A DNA stretch of 64,000 nucleotides from an uncultured Phycisphaeraceae bacterium (GTDB lineage Bacteria > Planctomycetota > Phycisphaerae > Phycisphaerales > UBA1924): positions 35,764-99,763 of the forward strand of contig CAZPWW010000009.1 of assembly GCA_964590885.1 (NCBI GenBank), in the 5' to 3' direction. Every line of letters begins with the position of its first letter. The stretch's first letter is position 1. Both the position numbers and the translations under genes were made by a program. The notes under the pieces were generated by a model. It was not told where the DNA came from, searched no databases, and saw only the letters and a list, made by a program, of their open reading frames with translations. Below are positions 48,752 through 57,812 of this stretch, piece by piece.

Positions 48752-49806
48752 CGGCCACCTCCGGCGGGTGTCATGTCGGAGCCGTTCGCGTCGCTGACCG
48801 GCTTGGACGCGGGGGGGCGGGGCGTGCGCAGCGTGTTCAGATCAAAGGGCGGCAGTTGTCCGGGCGGCAAGCCCGTGAGGGCGTCCGGGTTGAGCAGGCC
48901 CAGGCCCGGCAGGTTGGTGGGCAGCACCAGCGTCACGTTCTTGGCGAGGGCCTCCCGCATGAAGTCGAGGTTCTTGAGGAACACGGCCAACTCAGGGGCG
49001 GTGCTCTGCTTGGCAAAGTACTGGGCCGCCTCCAGGTCGCCCTGGCCGCGGATGGCCTTGGCACGCCGGTCGGCGAAGGCCAGGATCTTCTGAGCCGCGC
49101 TCTCGGCCTCGGAGCGGATGCGGCTCGACTCGGCGTTGCCCTTGCTCACCGCCTCCTGGGCGATGCGCTGGCGCGTGGCCGACATGCGGTTGAAGACGGC
49201 CTTGCTTGTCTCCTCGGGCAGTTTGATGGAACTGATGCCGACGGCGAGAGGCGCGATGCCGTAGGACGAGAGCGCGGGGGAATCGCCCCCGCCGGTGTCG
49301 AGCTGGGCGAGGATGGCCTTCTCGAGGTCGGGCAAGCCGCCCCCCCCCGCCGCCGCGGGGTCGGTGGTGAAGAGCTTGTCCATCTGGAAGCGGCCCATCT
49401 GGCCGCCCATGGCAAAGCGGAGCTTGTCCTGCAGGGCCTTCTCCGCGGCCTTGAAGTGCGAGGCGGAACCCGAGCCGGCGTTGGAGAACGCCTGGTAGAA
49501 CCGGAGCGGGTCGCTGACCCGGAAGGTGACGAAACTGGTCACCACGATCAGGCGGTTGTCGCCGGTCTGCAGGGTCTCGGGGCGGCTCTCCACGTAGCGT
49601 GTGCGGGTGTCGTACTTGGTGACGCTCTGCACCGGGTAGGGCACGCGGAAGCGCAGGCCCGGCTCCTTCACCACCGACTGCTCCGTGGCCTTGCCGAAGG
49701 TGGCCACCACGGCCACCTCCGTGAAACGAACGGTGTAGGTGGCCATGAACGCCACGATGGCGAGAAGAATGACCAGGGCCACGACGTATCTGAGTACCGA
49801 CTGCAC
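48748..49806 (-). CDS. SPFH/band-7 (HflC-like) membrane protein
   Basis: N-terminal TM, then EVAVVATFGK...EPGLRFRVPYPVQSV..YDTR...TGDNRLIVVTSFVTFRVSDPLRFYQ. Confidence 0.8.
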   Translation of the reverse strand: MQSVLRYVVALVILLAIVAFMATYTVRFTEVAVVATFGKATEQSVVKEPGLRFRVPYPVQSVTKYDTRTRYVESRPETLQTGDNRLIVVTSFVTFRVSDPLRFYQAFSNAGSGSASHFKAAEKALQDKLRFAMGGQMGRFQMDKLFTTDPAAAGGGGLPDLEKAILAQLDTGGGDSPALSSYGIAPLAVGISSIKLPEETSKAVFNRMSATRQRIAQEAVSKGNAESSRIRSEAESAAQKILAFADRRAKAIRGQGDLEAAQYFAKQSTAPELAVFLKNLDFMREALAKNVTLVLPTNLPGLGLLNPDALTGLPPGQLPPFDLNTLRTPRPPASKPVSDANGSDMTPAGGGR

Positions 49807-49913
49807 GAGGCTGCTCCTTCGAGGCTTCAGGCTTCAGACATCAGGCTTGAGGCATCAAGCCTCGCTCTGCCACTGTCCCACTCGGCCACTTTGCGACTTG
49901 CCCGTTTCCGTCC
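49807..49913. repeat. intercistronic heptanucleotide-periodic word array (AGGCTTC/AGGCTTG/AGGCATC ... GCCACT words)
   Basis: Read directly: aggcttc aggcttc agacatc aggcttg aggcatc aagcctc gctctgc cactgtc ccactcg gccactt. It fills the gap between two SPFH genes. Confidence 0.8.
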
Positions 49914-51938
49914 TTACTGCGTATCTCCCACGGGGTTGGTGAGCACGTTGCCGCCCGTGTCCACATCCTTGAGGTCCATCATCACCCAAGGGTTGGGCGG
50001 GGTGATGAACACCCGCGCATCCGCCATCAGGTCTTTGAGCATCTGGAAGTACAGGGTTGCCATGTAGACGCGCGGCTCGGCGTTGTACGCCGCGGTCTGG
50101 CCCACATAGGCCTCGGCCCTGCCCCGCTCGCTCATGTGCCGCATCCAACGGTCGGCCCGCGCCGCCTCGATGGCGGTGCCCGCCTTGCCGCCCGCCTTCA
50201 TCACGAGGTCTTCGATGACGAGCGTCTGCGCCTCCACCTCGGCCGCGGGGCGGCCCGCCATCGCGTCGAGGGTGTCGATCGCAGCGGAAATCTGGCGGGC
50301 CAGATCCACGCTGCCCACCGCCTCCGTGAGGGTCTCGATCGCCTTGGTGCGGCCCGCCTCGATCGCGCCCTGACCCTGCTGCTCGTTCTCCACCACGGCC
50401 TCGAAGTGCTTGGCCGCCTCGCGGTCGGGGTGCACACCCTCGAGCCCGGCGAAGATCACCTCGATGCCCGCTCCCATGTCGTCCAGCCGCTGCTGCACCC
50501 GCCGCCGCATGGCCTCCGACGCGTCCACCCTGCCGCGCCCCAGGACCTGGTCCTCATCGATCGAGGCCAGGTGCCGCATCACCTCGGCGCGGGCCGCGCT
50601 CTTGAGCCAGCCGTCGCGCGTGGCCGGGTCGGCGAAGGCATCGAACTTGGTCAGGTCGCGGATGCGGTAGACCAGGGGCACCTCGACAGCGACCAAGGCC
50701 ACGTCGCGCACGTCTGCCCCGCCCGAGGCCGCGCCCCCCGAACCCGCCGCGGCACCGCCCCGCACCGTGGGCTGCACAATGGCGTACATCTCCTCGGTCT
50801 TGTGGTCGTTGGTCCAGAGAATCGGACCGTCGTTGACCGGCGTGCCGGTCATCAGGTCCATGCGGCGCGGGGCGGTGGTGCGGACCGTCTCGAGCACCTC
50901 AAAGGGCCACGGGAGTTTCACGTGCAGACCGGGGCCGGCCACGCCCACCATGCGCCCCGTGCGCACCCGCACCGCCTGCTCGTCGGGCTCCACCTGCTCG
51001 AGGGCCGTGGTGGCCCAGAGCACGCCCGCCACCACCACCCCCAGCATGAGCACCGAGCGTGACAGAAGGCGATAGGCCCAGGAGCGCGTCACATCGACGC
51101 CGAACTGGTAACTGATGGCGCCGCCCAGACTCTCGGCCAGCCGATCCGGCGAGGCGATGAAACTCATCACCCGCGAGTCAAAGGCCGGCCGGGGCACCTC
51201 GCCCGGCTTGCGCGGCCGGTACAGGTTGAGCAGGAAGTTCAGGAGCGTCTCTGCGCCCACCAGCACCATCATGGCGTCGAGCGCCACCGCCAGGTGCCGC
51301 AACACCCATTCGCTGCCGACGTAGTGGAGGAAGTGGGCCACGCCCAGCAGCACGCCCGCCAGCGCGGCACAGGCCGCCGCGCCGGCCCCGCCGCGCAGGT
51401 TGGCCCATGCGCCCTGCTTGGCCATGCCCGACACGAAGCGCGCAAAGACAAAGCCGACCACGGCCACGCCCAGGCCCACCGACACGGCCCAGCCCCGCTG
51501 CGCCGGCGCCGTGTACGTCTCCGCGTTCAACCCGGCGATCGAGGCCCGCAACAGCCAGACACCCAGCCCGATCTGCACGCCCGCGAGGGCCAGACTGGCG
51601 ACCGGGAGCAGCACCCGGTGCATCCACGCCAGGCGCCGGGCCGCCACCAGCAGCTCGTCTCCGGCGCGCTCGAACACGCTCTGCTGGGCCGCGCCGCCCG
51701 TCGCCAGGGCCTCCGCCTCCATGGCCTCGATCCGCTCACGGCGGTGCTGATCGAAGACCAGGGCCAGCGCCAGCCAGATCAGGCCGCCCGACAGCACCAG
51801 ATAGCCTGCGTGCAGGCCGGCAGGGTCCTTGCCGAGCACGCCGTAGATCACCAGTCCGATGCCCGAAGCGCCCTGCAGGGCCAGACCCAGCAGACTGACA
51901 GCCGCGGCACGCGAATAGGAAAATGAGTCCGCCTTCAT
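49914..51938 (-). CDS. polytopic membrane protein with C-terminal SPFH/band-7 domain
   Basis: ATG at 51938 (MKADSFSYS...) and about 8 hydrophobic segments. The SPFH part is VRVRTGRMVGVAGPGLHVKLPWPFEV...VEVPLVYRIRDLTKF. Confidence 0.75.
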   Translation of the reverse strand: MKADSFSYSRAAAVSLLGLALQGASGIGLVIYGVLGKDPAGLHAGYLVLSGGLIWLALALVFDQHRRERIEAMEAEALATGGAAQQSVFERAGDELLVAARRLAWMHRVLLPVASLALAGVQIGLGVWLLRASIAGLNAETYTAPAQRGWAVSVGLGVAVVGFVFARFVSGMAKQGAWANLRGGAGAAACAALAGVLLGVAHFLHYVGSEWVLRHLAVALDAMMVLVGAETLLNFLLNLYRPRKPGEVPRPAFDSRVMSFIASPDRLAESLGGAISYQFGVDVTRSWAYRLLSRSVLMLGVVVAGVLWATTALEQVEPDEQAVRVRTGRMVGVAGPGLHVKLPWPFEVLETVRTTAPRRMDLMTGTPVNDGPILWTNDHKTEEMYAIVQPTVRGGAAAGSGGAASGGADVRDVALVAVEVPLVYRIRDLTKFDAFADPATRDGWLKSAARAEVMRHLASIDEDQVLGRGRVDASEAMRRRVQQRLDDMGAGIEVIFAGLEGVHPDREAAKHFEAVVENEQQGQGAIEAGRTKAIETLTEAVGSVDLARQISAAIDTLDAMAGRPAAEVEAQTLVIEDLVMKAGGKAGTAIEAARADRWMRHMSERGRAEAYVGQTAAYNAEPRVYMATLYFQMLKDLMADARVFITPPNPWVMMDLKDVDTGGNVLTNPVGDTQ

Positions 51939-52071
51939 GCACACTCCGACCGGCTTTGTCGCCCGGCGAACCGGGGACGGAGAGAGAACCGCCAACCCTG
52001 GCAGCGCGGCCCGAACGGGCCCGCGCGGCGGGGAGGGTATTGTCCGTCGCCGGGCCGCGGCTGTCCAGCCC

Positions 52072-52095
52072 GCACGGCCGCACGGCCGCACGCCC
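52072..52095. repeat. (GCACGGCC)x3 short tandem repeat in a divergent intergenic region
   Basis: gcacggcc gcacggcc gcacgccc, read directly. Confidence 0.8.
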
Positions 52096-52301
52096 GACGA
52101 CCGCGGCCCTCGGGCCGAACCCGTAGACACGGCCGTGCGTAAGTACGGGCCGAGCGGGCCGCCGGTTCGCGCGATCGCGCCCCCTCAGCCGGCCGCCGCG
52201 GACCGCCACCCGCCGCGGCTGCTGGGCGGTTACCCTCTGCCCCCGTCCACACCGCGCTCGGCGCCGCCTCTGTTTCGGGTCACGCCGCCCTCACGCAACC
52301 G

Positions 52302-53660
52302 ATGATGGTTTCCCTCGCCCTCACCATCGCGCGCACCACCTTCATCGAGAGCGTGCGCCAGCCCGTCTACTTCATCCTCATTGCCCTCAACGGCATCTTC
52401 CACTTCTTCAACACGGCCTCCGTGGGCTACGCGCTGGAGTACTCGAGCAGCGGCGAACTCTCCAACGACAACAAACTCCTGCTCGACATCGGGCTGGCCA
52501 ACGTGCTCTTCTGCGGGGCCCTGCTGGCCGGCTTCGTGGCCACCAGCGCCATCAGCCGCGAGATCGAGCAGCGCACGCTGCTGACGATCGTGTCCAAGCC
52601 GGTGCCGCGCGTGAGCGTGGTGCTGGGAAAGTTCGCCGGAACCGGCGCGGCCGTGCTGATCGCTGCGGCCACCATGCTCCTGTTCCTGCTGATGAGCATC
52701 CGGCACGGCGCGCTCTCGACAGCGGCCGACGACCCCGACCAGCCCGTGATCCTGTTCTCGCTGGGGGCGATCGCCCTGGCGTGCGGCATCGCCATCTGGG
52801 GCAACTTCTTCTACGGCTGGCACTTCGTGCAGGTCTCGACCCTGCTGGTGCTCCCCTTCATGGCCGTGGCGTGGTTCCTGGTGCTGCTCCTGAGCAAGAA
52901 GTGGGAAGTGCAGGACCTGCACAAGGATTTCAAGCCGCAGGTGCTGACCGCCAGCGTGTGCCTGCTGCTGGCCCTCACCGTGCTCACGGCCGCGGCGGTG
53001 GCGGCCAGCACGCGGCTTGGGCAGGTGATGACCATCCTGATCTGCTTCGGGGTCTTCCTCGCCGGCCTGCTATCGAACCATCTTGTGGGCCGGCACGCTT
53101 TCGACAACGCTCTGGTGGGGCAGATCCAGTCGGTGGAGGCAGAGCGGCAGAGCGCAGAAACCCTGGCCCGCTCGGGCGACATCAACTTCATCCGCCTGCG
53201 CTCCGCACCCTCCAGCCCCATCGCCCCCGGCGACCGCTTCCACTACGGGCCGGTACCCAACGGCATGGCCCTCGCCGCGGGCCCCTACGCGCCGTGGAAC
53301 GGCAACGTGGCCGACGAGCGCACGTGGACCGCGCCAACCACGACACCTGCCCTCGTGGTGACTGCCATCGAGGGCACGCTCCTGACCGTGCGCAACCTGG
53401 GATACGACCCGGCGCGTGTGTCGCGCCCGCCGCGGGCCGGCGACTTTGTCTTCACGCACGCCACCCGGACCAATCCGGTGGCCCTGGCGGTGTGGGGCCT
53501 GGTGCCGAACATGCAGTTCTTCTGGCTCAGCGATGCCGTTACCCAGAACGTGCCAGTACCGGCCGGGCACCTGGCACTTGTCGTGCTTTACGCGCTGATA
53601 CAGGTGGTTTTTCTCCTGGCCCTGGCCACGCTGCTCTTCCAGAAGCGCGATGTCGGCTGA
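52302..53660 (+). CDS. ABC-2-type transporter permease-like protein (paralog of 44071..46083), no adjacent ATPase
   Basis: IARTTFIESVRQPVYFILIA and EIEQRTLLTIVSKPVPRVSVVLGKFAG. Multi-TM with a soluble insert. Confidence 0.7.
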   Translation: MMVSLALTIARTTFIESVRQPVYFILIALNGIFHFFNTASVGYALEYSSSGELSNDNKLLLDIGLANVLFCGALLAGFVATSAISREIEQRTLLTIVSKPVPRVSVVLGKFAGTGAAVLIAAATMLLFLLMSIRHGALSTAADDPDQPVILFSLGAIALACGIAIWGNFFYGWHFVQVSTLLVLPFMAVAWFLVLLLSKKWEVQDLHKDFKPQVLTASVCLLLALTVLTAAAVAASTRLGQVMTILICFGVFLAGLLSNHLVGRHAFDNALVGQIQSVEAERQSAETLARSGDINFIRLRSAPSSPIAPGDRFHYGPVPNGMALAAGPYAPWNGNVADERTWTAPTTTPALVVTAIEGTLLTVRNLGYDPARVSRPPRAGDFVFTHATRTNPVALAVWGLVPNMQFFWLSDAVTQNVPVPAGHLALVVLYALIQVVFLLALATLLFQKRDVG

Positions 53661-53754
53661 GGTGAAGGTCCTCTTCGTCCGCCCCGCGCCCCCCAAACCA
53701 TGGTGGTACACTTCCGTTACCGGCGGCCGGTGTGCCGCCTGATTGGAGGACTCG

Positions 53755-54012
53755 ATGCCCGCTCCACGTTCATCGTCTGGCAGCCCGATCAACCCCGCCA
53801 TGATCAAGGTCGGCGTGGCCGTGGTGGCCCTGGCTGTGGCCGGCACGCTGGTGGCCTACCAGTTGGGCTGGTTGGGTGGCAACACGGCTCCGCCGATTTC
53901 CGCCGAGGCCCAGAAGGCCGCCGAAGAACTGTCCGCCAAGGCCAAGGCCGAACTCCCGCCGGCGCCGCCGCCCGATCCGGTCAAGCGGGCCGCCGAACGG
54001 CGCTCGCAGTAG
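53755..54012 (+). CDS. small single-TM hypothetical protein
   Basis: GGAGGA lies 4 nt upstream of the ATG at 53755. TM segment is IKVGVAVVALAVAGTLVAY. Confidence 0.45.
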   Translation: MPAPRSSSGSPINPAMIKVGVAVVALAVAGTLVAYQLGWLGGNTAPPISAEAQKAAEELSAKAKAELPPAPPPDPVKRAAERRSQ

Positions 54013-54035
54013 CCGCCGATGTCCGGCTGCCGAAC

Positions 54036-55523
54036 TCAGACCCGCGGGCCGGCAAGCCACGAGTAGACCTTGCCGCAGGCTGTGGCCGCGCCCTCCCACG
54101 TGAGGCGGCGCAACTCGAAACTGCCGTGCTCGCGCAGGGTCTGGCCCAAGGGCGGGTGCCGCAGCACCGCCACGATCTTGTTGGCGATGTCGTGCGTGTC
54201 CCAGAAATCGACTTTCAGGGCGTGGCTGAGCACCTCGCTCACCCCGCTCTGCTTGCTGATGATGACCGGCACGTCCTGCCGCATCGCCTCAAGCGGTGCC
54301 AGGCCGAAGGGTTCGCTCACGCTCGGCATCACGTAGCAATCCGCCATCTGGTACGCGCGGTCCACATCCTTGCCACGCAAAAAGCCCGTGAACAGCACCC
54401 GGTGGCCGATCCCCAGTTCGGCCGCGAGTTCGATCATGCGCAGTTCCATGTCGCCCGAGCCGGCGATGATGAACTTGGCCTCCGGCACCTTCTCCAGCAC
54501 CTTTTTGGCCGCCGCGATGAAGTATTCCGGCCCTTTCTGCATGGTGATGCGCCCCAAAAAGAGCACGATCTTGTCCTTGCTGCGGATCATCTCACCCGGG
54601 CGCGGCTGCACACCCTCGGAATCGATGCCGTTGTAGATCACCTCCACGCGCCCCGGGTCCATGTCGTAGCGGCGCACGCAGATGCTCTTGGTGAGTTCGC
54701 TGACGCAGATCACCTTCATCGACGAGTGCATGCCCCGCCGCTCGATGTCGTACACGCGCTGGTTCACGTGCTCGCCGGAACGGTCGAACTCGGTGCTGTG
54801 CACGTGCACCACCAGCGGCTTGCCGCTCACCCGTGCCGCCGCCTGCCCGGCCGGAAAGGTCAGCCAGTCGTGAGCGTGCACCACGTCAAACGTCTCGCCG
54901 CGCGTGAGGGCCACCACCAGGCGTGCGTAGCGCTCCGCCTCGGCAAAGAGGTCGCCCCGATACCCCGCGCCCGCCCCGCTCTTGCCGAAGCCGGGTGCCC
55001 CGTGCCCGTCGTGCGCGCTGGCCCCCGCGCCGTGCACCTGGGCCAGTTCCTCGGCCAGTTCGTCGCCGTCGGTATCGAACTCGTACTCGGTGCCCCCGGG
55101 GCCGGACGCGCCCACGGCCGTTCCCACCTTCACAGTGCGCACCACCCGCTTCTTTCCGAACCCCGGGTAGGGGCTGGAAAAACTCGCCGGGACACCCATG
55201 AACCGCGTGTGCGCGAACGGCCGTGCCCCGCCACCCCCAGCGCCGCCTGCACCGCCGGCGCGCGGCTCCGCCTCATCGTCCCAGACCACCTGGCCGCCGG
55301 CGACAATACCGCCCACACCCCGGGCCGCCGGCGACCCCGCCGCGAGTCCCTCCGGGCTGAACATCTTCACGTGGGAGGCCAGACTCCGGTCAACCGGGCG
55401 CGGCAGCACAAACAGGATTTCGTGCCCCGCACGATCAAGGGCCCGCGTGAGCCCATAGCACGCCGTGCCCAAGCCGCCGGCGATAAACGGGGGAAACTCC
55501 CACCCCAGCATGAGGACTCGCAT
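54036..55523 (-). CDS. glycosyltransferase (GT4/GT5 glycogen-synthase-like)
   Basis: MRVLMLGWEFPPFIAGGLGTACYGL N-terminus. C-terminal MPSVSEPFGLAPLEAM (E-x7-E region). Confidence 0.8.
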   Translation of the reverse strand: MRVLMLGWEFPPFIAGGLGTACYGLTRALDRAGHEILFVLPRPVDRSLASHVKMFSPEGLAAGSPAARGVGGIVAGGQVVWDDEAEPRAGGAGGAGGGGARPFAHTRFMGVPASFSSPYPGFGKKRVVRTVKVGTAVGASGPGGTEYEFDTDGDELAEELAQVHGAGASAHDGHGAPGFGKSGAGAGYRGDLFAEAERYARLVVALTRGETFDVVHAHDWLTFPAGQAAARVSGKPLVVHVHSTEFDRSGEHVNQRVYDIERRGMHSSMKVICVSELTKSICVRRYDMDPGRVEVIYNGIDSEGVQPRPGEMIRSKDKIVLFLGRITMQKGPEYFIAAAKKVLEKVPEAKFIIAGSGDMELRMIELAAELGIGHRVLFTGFLRGKDVDRAYQMADCYVMPSVSEPFGLAPLEAMRQDVPVIISKQSGVSEVLSHALKVDFWDTHDIANKIVAVLRHPPLGQTLREHGSFELRRLTWEGAATACGKVYSWLAGPRV

Positions 55524-55789
55524 GAGCCGACTCCATCGGTCGCCAGGCCGGTGCGCAGCACACCGGTCGCCAGCGGGGCCAAGCGTACTCACGTGGGCAG
55601 GCCGCTGCGGGGGGGGCCACGCCACCCCACGCCACGATCGGACACCGACGTACACGAACAACTCGCGTACAGATTGCCCCGGCATTTTCCTTGCCCAGCC
55701 TGCCATGCGGTGTATCGTGTAAGCACGGCCGCGCAGTGCGGGCCGTGCGCGGCGATTGGCCGCAGTGCGAGAGTGTGAAGGAGGGAAGC

Positions 55790-56539
55790 ATGAAGGTTTT
55801 CACGTCGTTGATGTCCGCTTTGGCGTTGGCCGGCGCTGCCGGTGCCGCACGCGACCTTCAGGCCCAGGTGGTCCTGCAAGATGTGCTGGTGAGCAGCGCC
55901 CAGTTCGGTGCCCCGCCTGCCCAGGCCGCGCGGGTCGGCCTCCACCGGGTGATCGACCGCGGCCTCGTCCGCACCCACACCGCCGCGATGGGTGTCCGCA
56001 GCCTCCTGCAGCAGCCCGGCGACGTGATGGGCGACGGCTCCGTCAACGTGATGCTGCCCGGCGGCGCCGCACCCCCGGAGAGTTCCTTCTTCGATGTCTT
56101 CCTCGCAGAGCCGCCCGACCCCAACCGCACGCACTTCTTCCGCTTCTTCGGCGACCTCACCGGCCCCGAACCCACCAACGCGCTCATCGGCCTCCTCCTG
56201 CCCGCCGTGCAGAAGGTCCGCCAGGCCGCCGCGCGGGCCAGCACCAGCGTGCTGGACACCGACGGTGCCCTGATCGCCGTCGAATGGAACATCGAGGTCC
56301 TGCACCCCGGCGCCACCATCGGCATGATCGACGTTCAGCCCGGCATCGACTCGTTCTTCGACATCTTCATGGAGGTCAACCTCCCCGGCCCCGCCCTGCG
56401 CGGCGCGTCGCTCATTGACGAGCCGCTCGTCCGCATCACGCTCACGGCGGAGGCGACGCCCGTCCCCGCCCCCGGGGCAGCCGGTCTGCTGGGTCTCACA
56501 GGGCTGGTCGCCACGCGTCGCCGCCGGCGCTGGCGCTGA
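55790..56539 (+). CDS. PEP-CTERM sorting-domain protein with internal pseudopilin-like segment
   Basis: Leader GAGTGTGAAGGAGGGAAGC precedes the ATG, followed by a signal peptide. C-terminus is PVPAPGAAGLLGLTGLVATRRRRRWR. The internal segment is ALIGLLLPAVQKVRQAAAR. Confidence 0.8.
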   Translation: MKVFTSLMSALALAGAAGAARDLQAQVVLQDVLVSSAQFGAPPAQAARVGLHRVIDRGLVRTHTAAMGVRSLLQQPGDVMGDGSVNVMLPGGAAPPESSFFDVFLAEPPDPNRTHFFRFFGDLTGPEPTNALIGLLLPAVQKVRQAAARASTSVLDTDGALIAVEWNIEVLHPGATIGMIDVQPGIDSFFDIFMEVNLPGPALRGASLIDEPLVRITLTAEATPVPAPGAAGLLGLTGLVATRRRRRWR

Positions 56540-56577
56540 CGCGCCGCCGCGCACCCTGTCAACCGACCACGCAAACA

Positions 56578-56605
56578 GGCCCCCGCCCGGGCGGGTGCCT
56601 TTTCG
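56578..56605 (+). terminator. Rho-independent terminator
   Basis: GGCCCCCGC-ccgg-GCGGGTGCC (one mismatch) followed by TTTTCG. Confidence 0.6.
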
Positions 56606-56637
56606 TTGCGCACGCCGTGGGCACGCGGCCCGCCCGC

Positions 56638-57231
56638 TCAGCAGCGCAGCCGCGCCAGTCTGAACTTCAGCGGCTGCCGCGGCTTCTCACCCTGCACAAA
56701 CTCCACGTCAATGTGCAGCGCGCCGTCGCGCAACTCGTAGCGCACACTCGTCAGGTCGCCCGCGCCGTCCTTCTCCGCCGCAAACACGGCCTTGCCCGGC
56801 CCGCTCTCGCTGAGGGTCAGCGTGAGCGGCTTGTCCTTCTCCTCCTTGGCTGTCAGCGTGGGCGAGTAGTGGCGGAGGCGCAGCAGGGTGCGCTCACCCT
56901 CGCGGGTGATCGTGAGCATCTCGAACATGCTCGGCGACTGGTCCGGCTTCAACCACCGGAAGCACCCCATGATGCTGGTGCCGATCGGGGCGCTCCAGAC
57001 CTCCTCGGCCATGCTCGGGCCCATGTCCCCGCGCCACGTACCGGCAAGAAAGCCCAGTTCCGCCAGCGGCGATGTCGCCTGAGCCGCGCCGGCCGCCGAG
57101 GCAGCACCACCGTTGCCGGCGGCGGTGCCCGGAGCGCCGTCGGGGCCCATCGCCACGAGAACGCCGCACGCCGCCACGCCGGCGGCCAAGCCCGCCGCCC
57201 ACACGCTCATTCGCTTCGCTCGCATCGCCAT
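56638..57231 (-). CDS. secreted hypothetical protein (DUF6265-like)
   Basis: AAGGAG before the ATG at 57231, then a signal peptide. The LAGTWRGDMG...AEEVWSAP...MGCFRW pattern is present. Confidence 0.55.
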   Translation of the reverse strand: MAMRAKRMSVWAAGLAAGVAACGVLVAMGPDGAPGTAAGNGGAASAAGAAQATSPLAELGFLAGTWRGDMGPSMAEEVWSAPIGTSIMGCFRWLKPDQSPSMFEMLTITREGERTLLRLRHYSPTLTAKEEKDKPLTLTLSESGPGKAVFAAEKDGAGDLTSVRYELRDGALHIDVEFVQGEKPRQPLKFRLARLRC

Positions 57232-57302
57232 GCTCCTTGATCCAGAGTCGCGCCGATCCGCCGGCGCGGCACACGCGGCCACGCCCAGTTCACACGCCTG
57301 AT

Positions 57303-57686
57303 TCAGCCCTTGGCCGCCAGGTCTTGATACAACATGAGGGCGTTACCGTCGGGGTCGAAGAACGTGGCAAGCGCCACCATGCCCTCGTAGCGCCGCGTGG
57401 GGCCGTCAAACCGCACGCCAGCCGCCTCCAGTTGCTTCCGCGCCGCATCCACGTCCTTCACGCCCCACGTGGGCACCGGCCCCGCGCCCACCTTGGGTTT
57501 CTCCACCTGCGAGAGGCCCACGTTCACCCGGGCCACCGGCGAGGCCAACTCGCACCAGCCGATCTCCTCCACGTCGTACAGCAGGGTCATGCCCAGCACG
57601 TCGCGATACCAGGCCGCGCTGGCCTTGCGATCCTTGCAAGAGAAGGCGATGGTGAGGCCGCCGTCGTACCCGAGTGAGAGTGGCAT
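57303..57686 (-). CDS. VOC (glyoxalase/bleomycin-resistance) family protein
   Basis: 127 aa. WYRDVLGM... and ...FFDPDGNALMLYQ are typical of the family. Confidence 0.75.
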   Translation of the reverse strand: MPLSLGYDGGLTIAFSCKDRKASAAWYRDVLGMTLLYDVEEIGWCELASPVARVNVGLSQVEKPKVGAGPVPTWGVKDVDAARKQLEAAGVRFDGPTRRYEGMVALATFFDPDGNALMLYQDLAAKG

Positions 57687-57744
57687 GGTCTGCTCCGGAG
57701 ATGATGCGAATGGACCCAGTTGAGCCGTCCGAACGGATGGATTT

Positions 57745-57771
57745 CACAAAGTATATCTGATATACTTTGTG
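57745..57771. promoter_or_regulatory. perfect 11-bp inverted repeat (CACAAAGTATA-n5-TATACTTTGTG), candidate operator
   Basis: Read directly in the AT-rich 126-bp divergent gap between the VOC gene and the HxlR-like gene. Confidence 0.5.
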
Positions 57772-57812
57772 TGTCAAGCCGATTCCACAGTCACTGACGT
57801 TCAACTCGCGCC

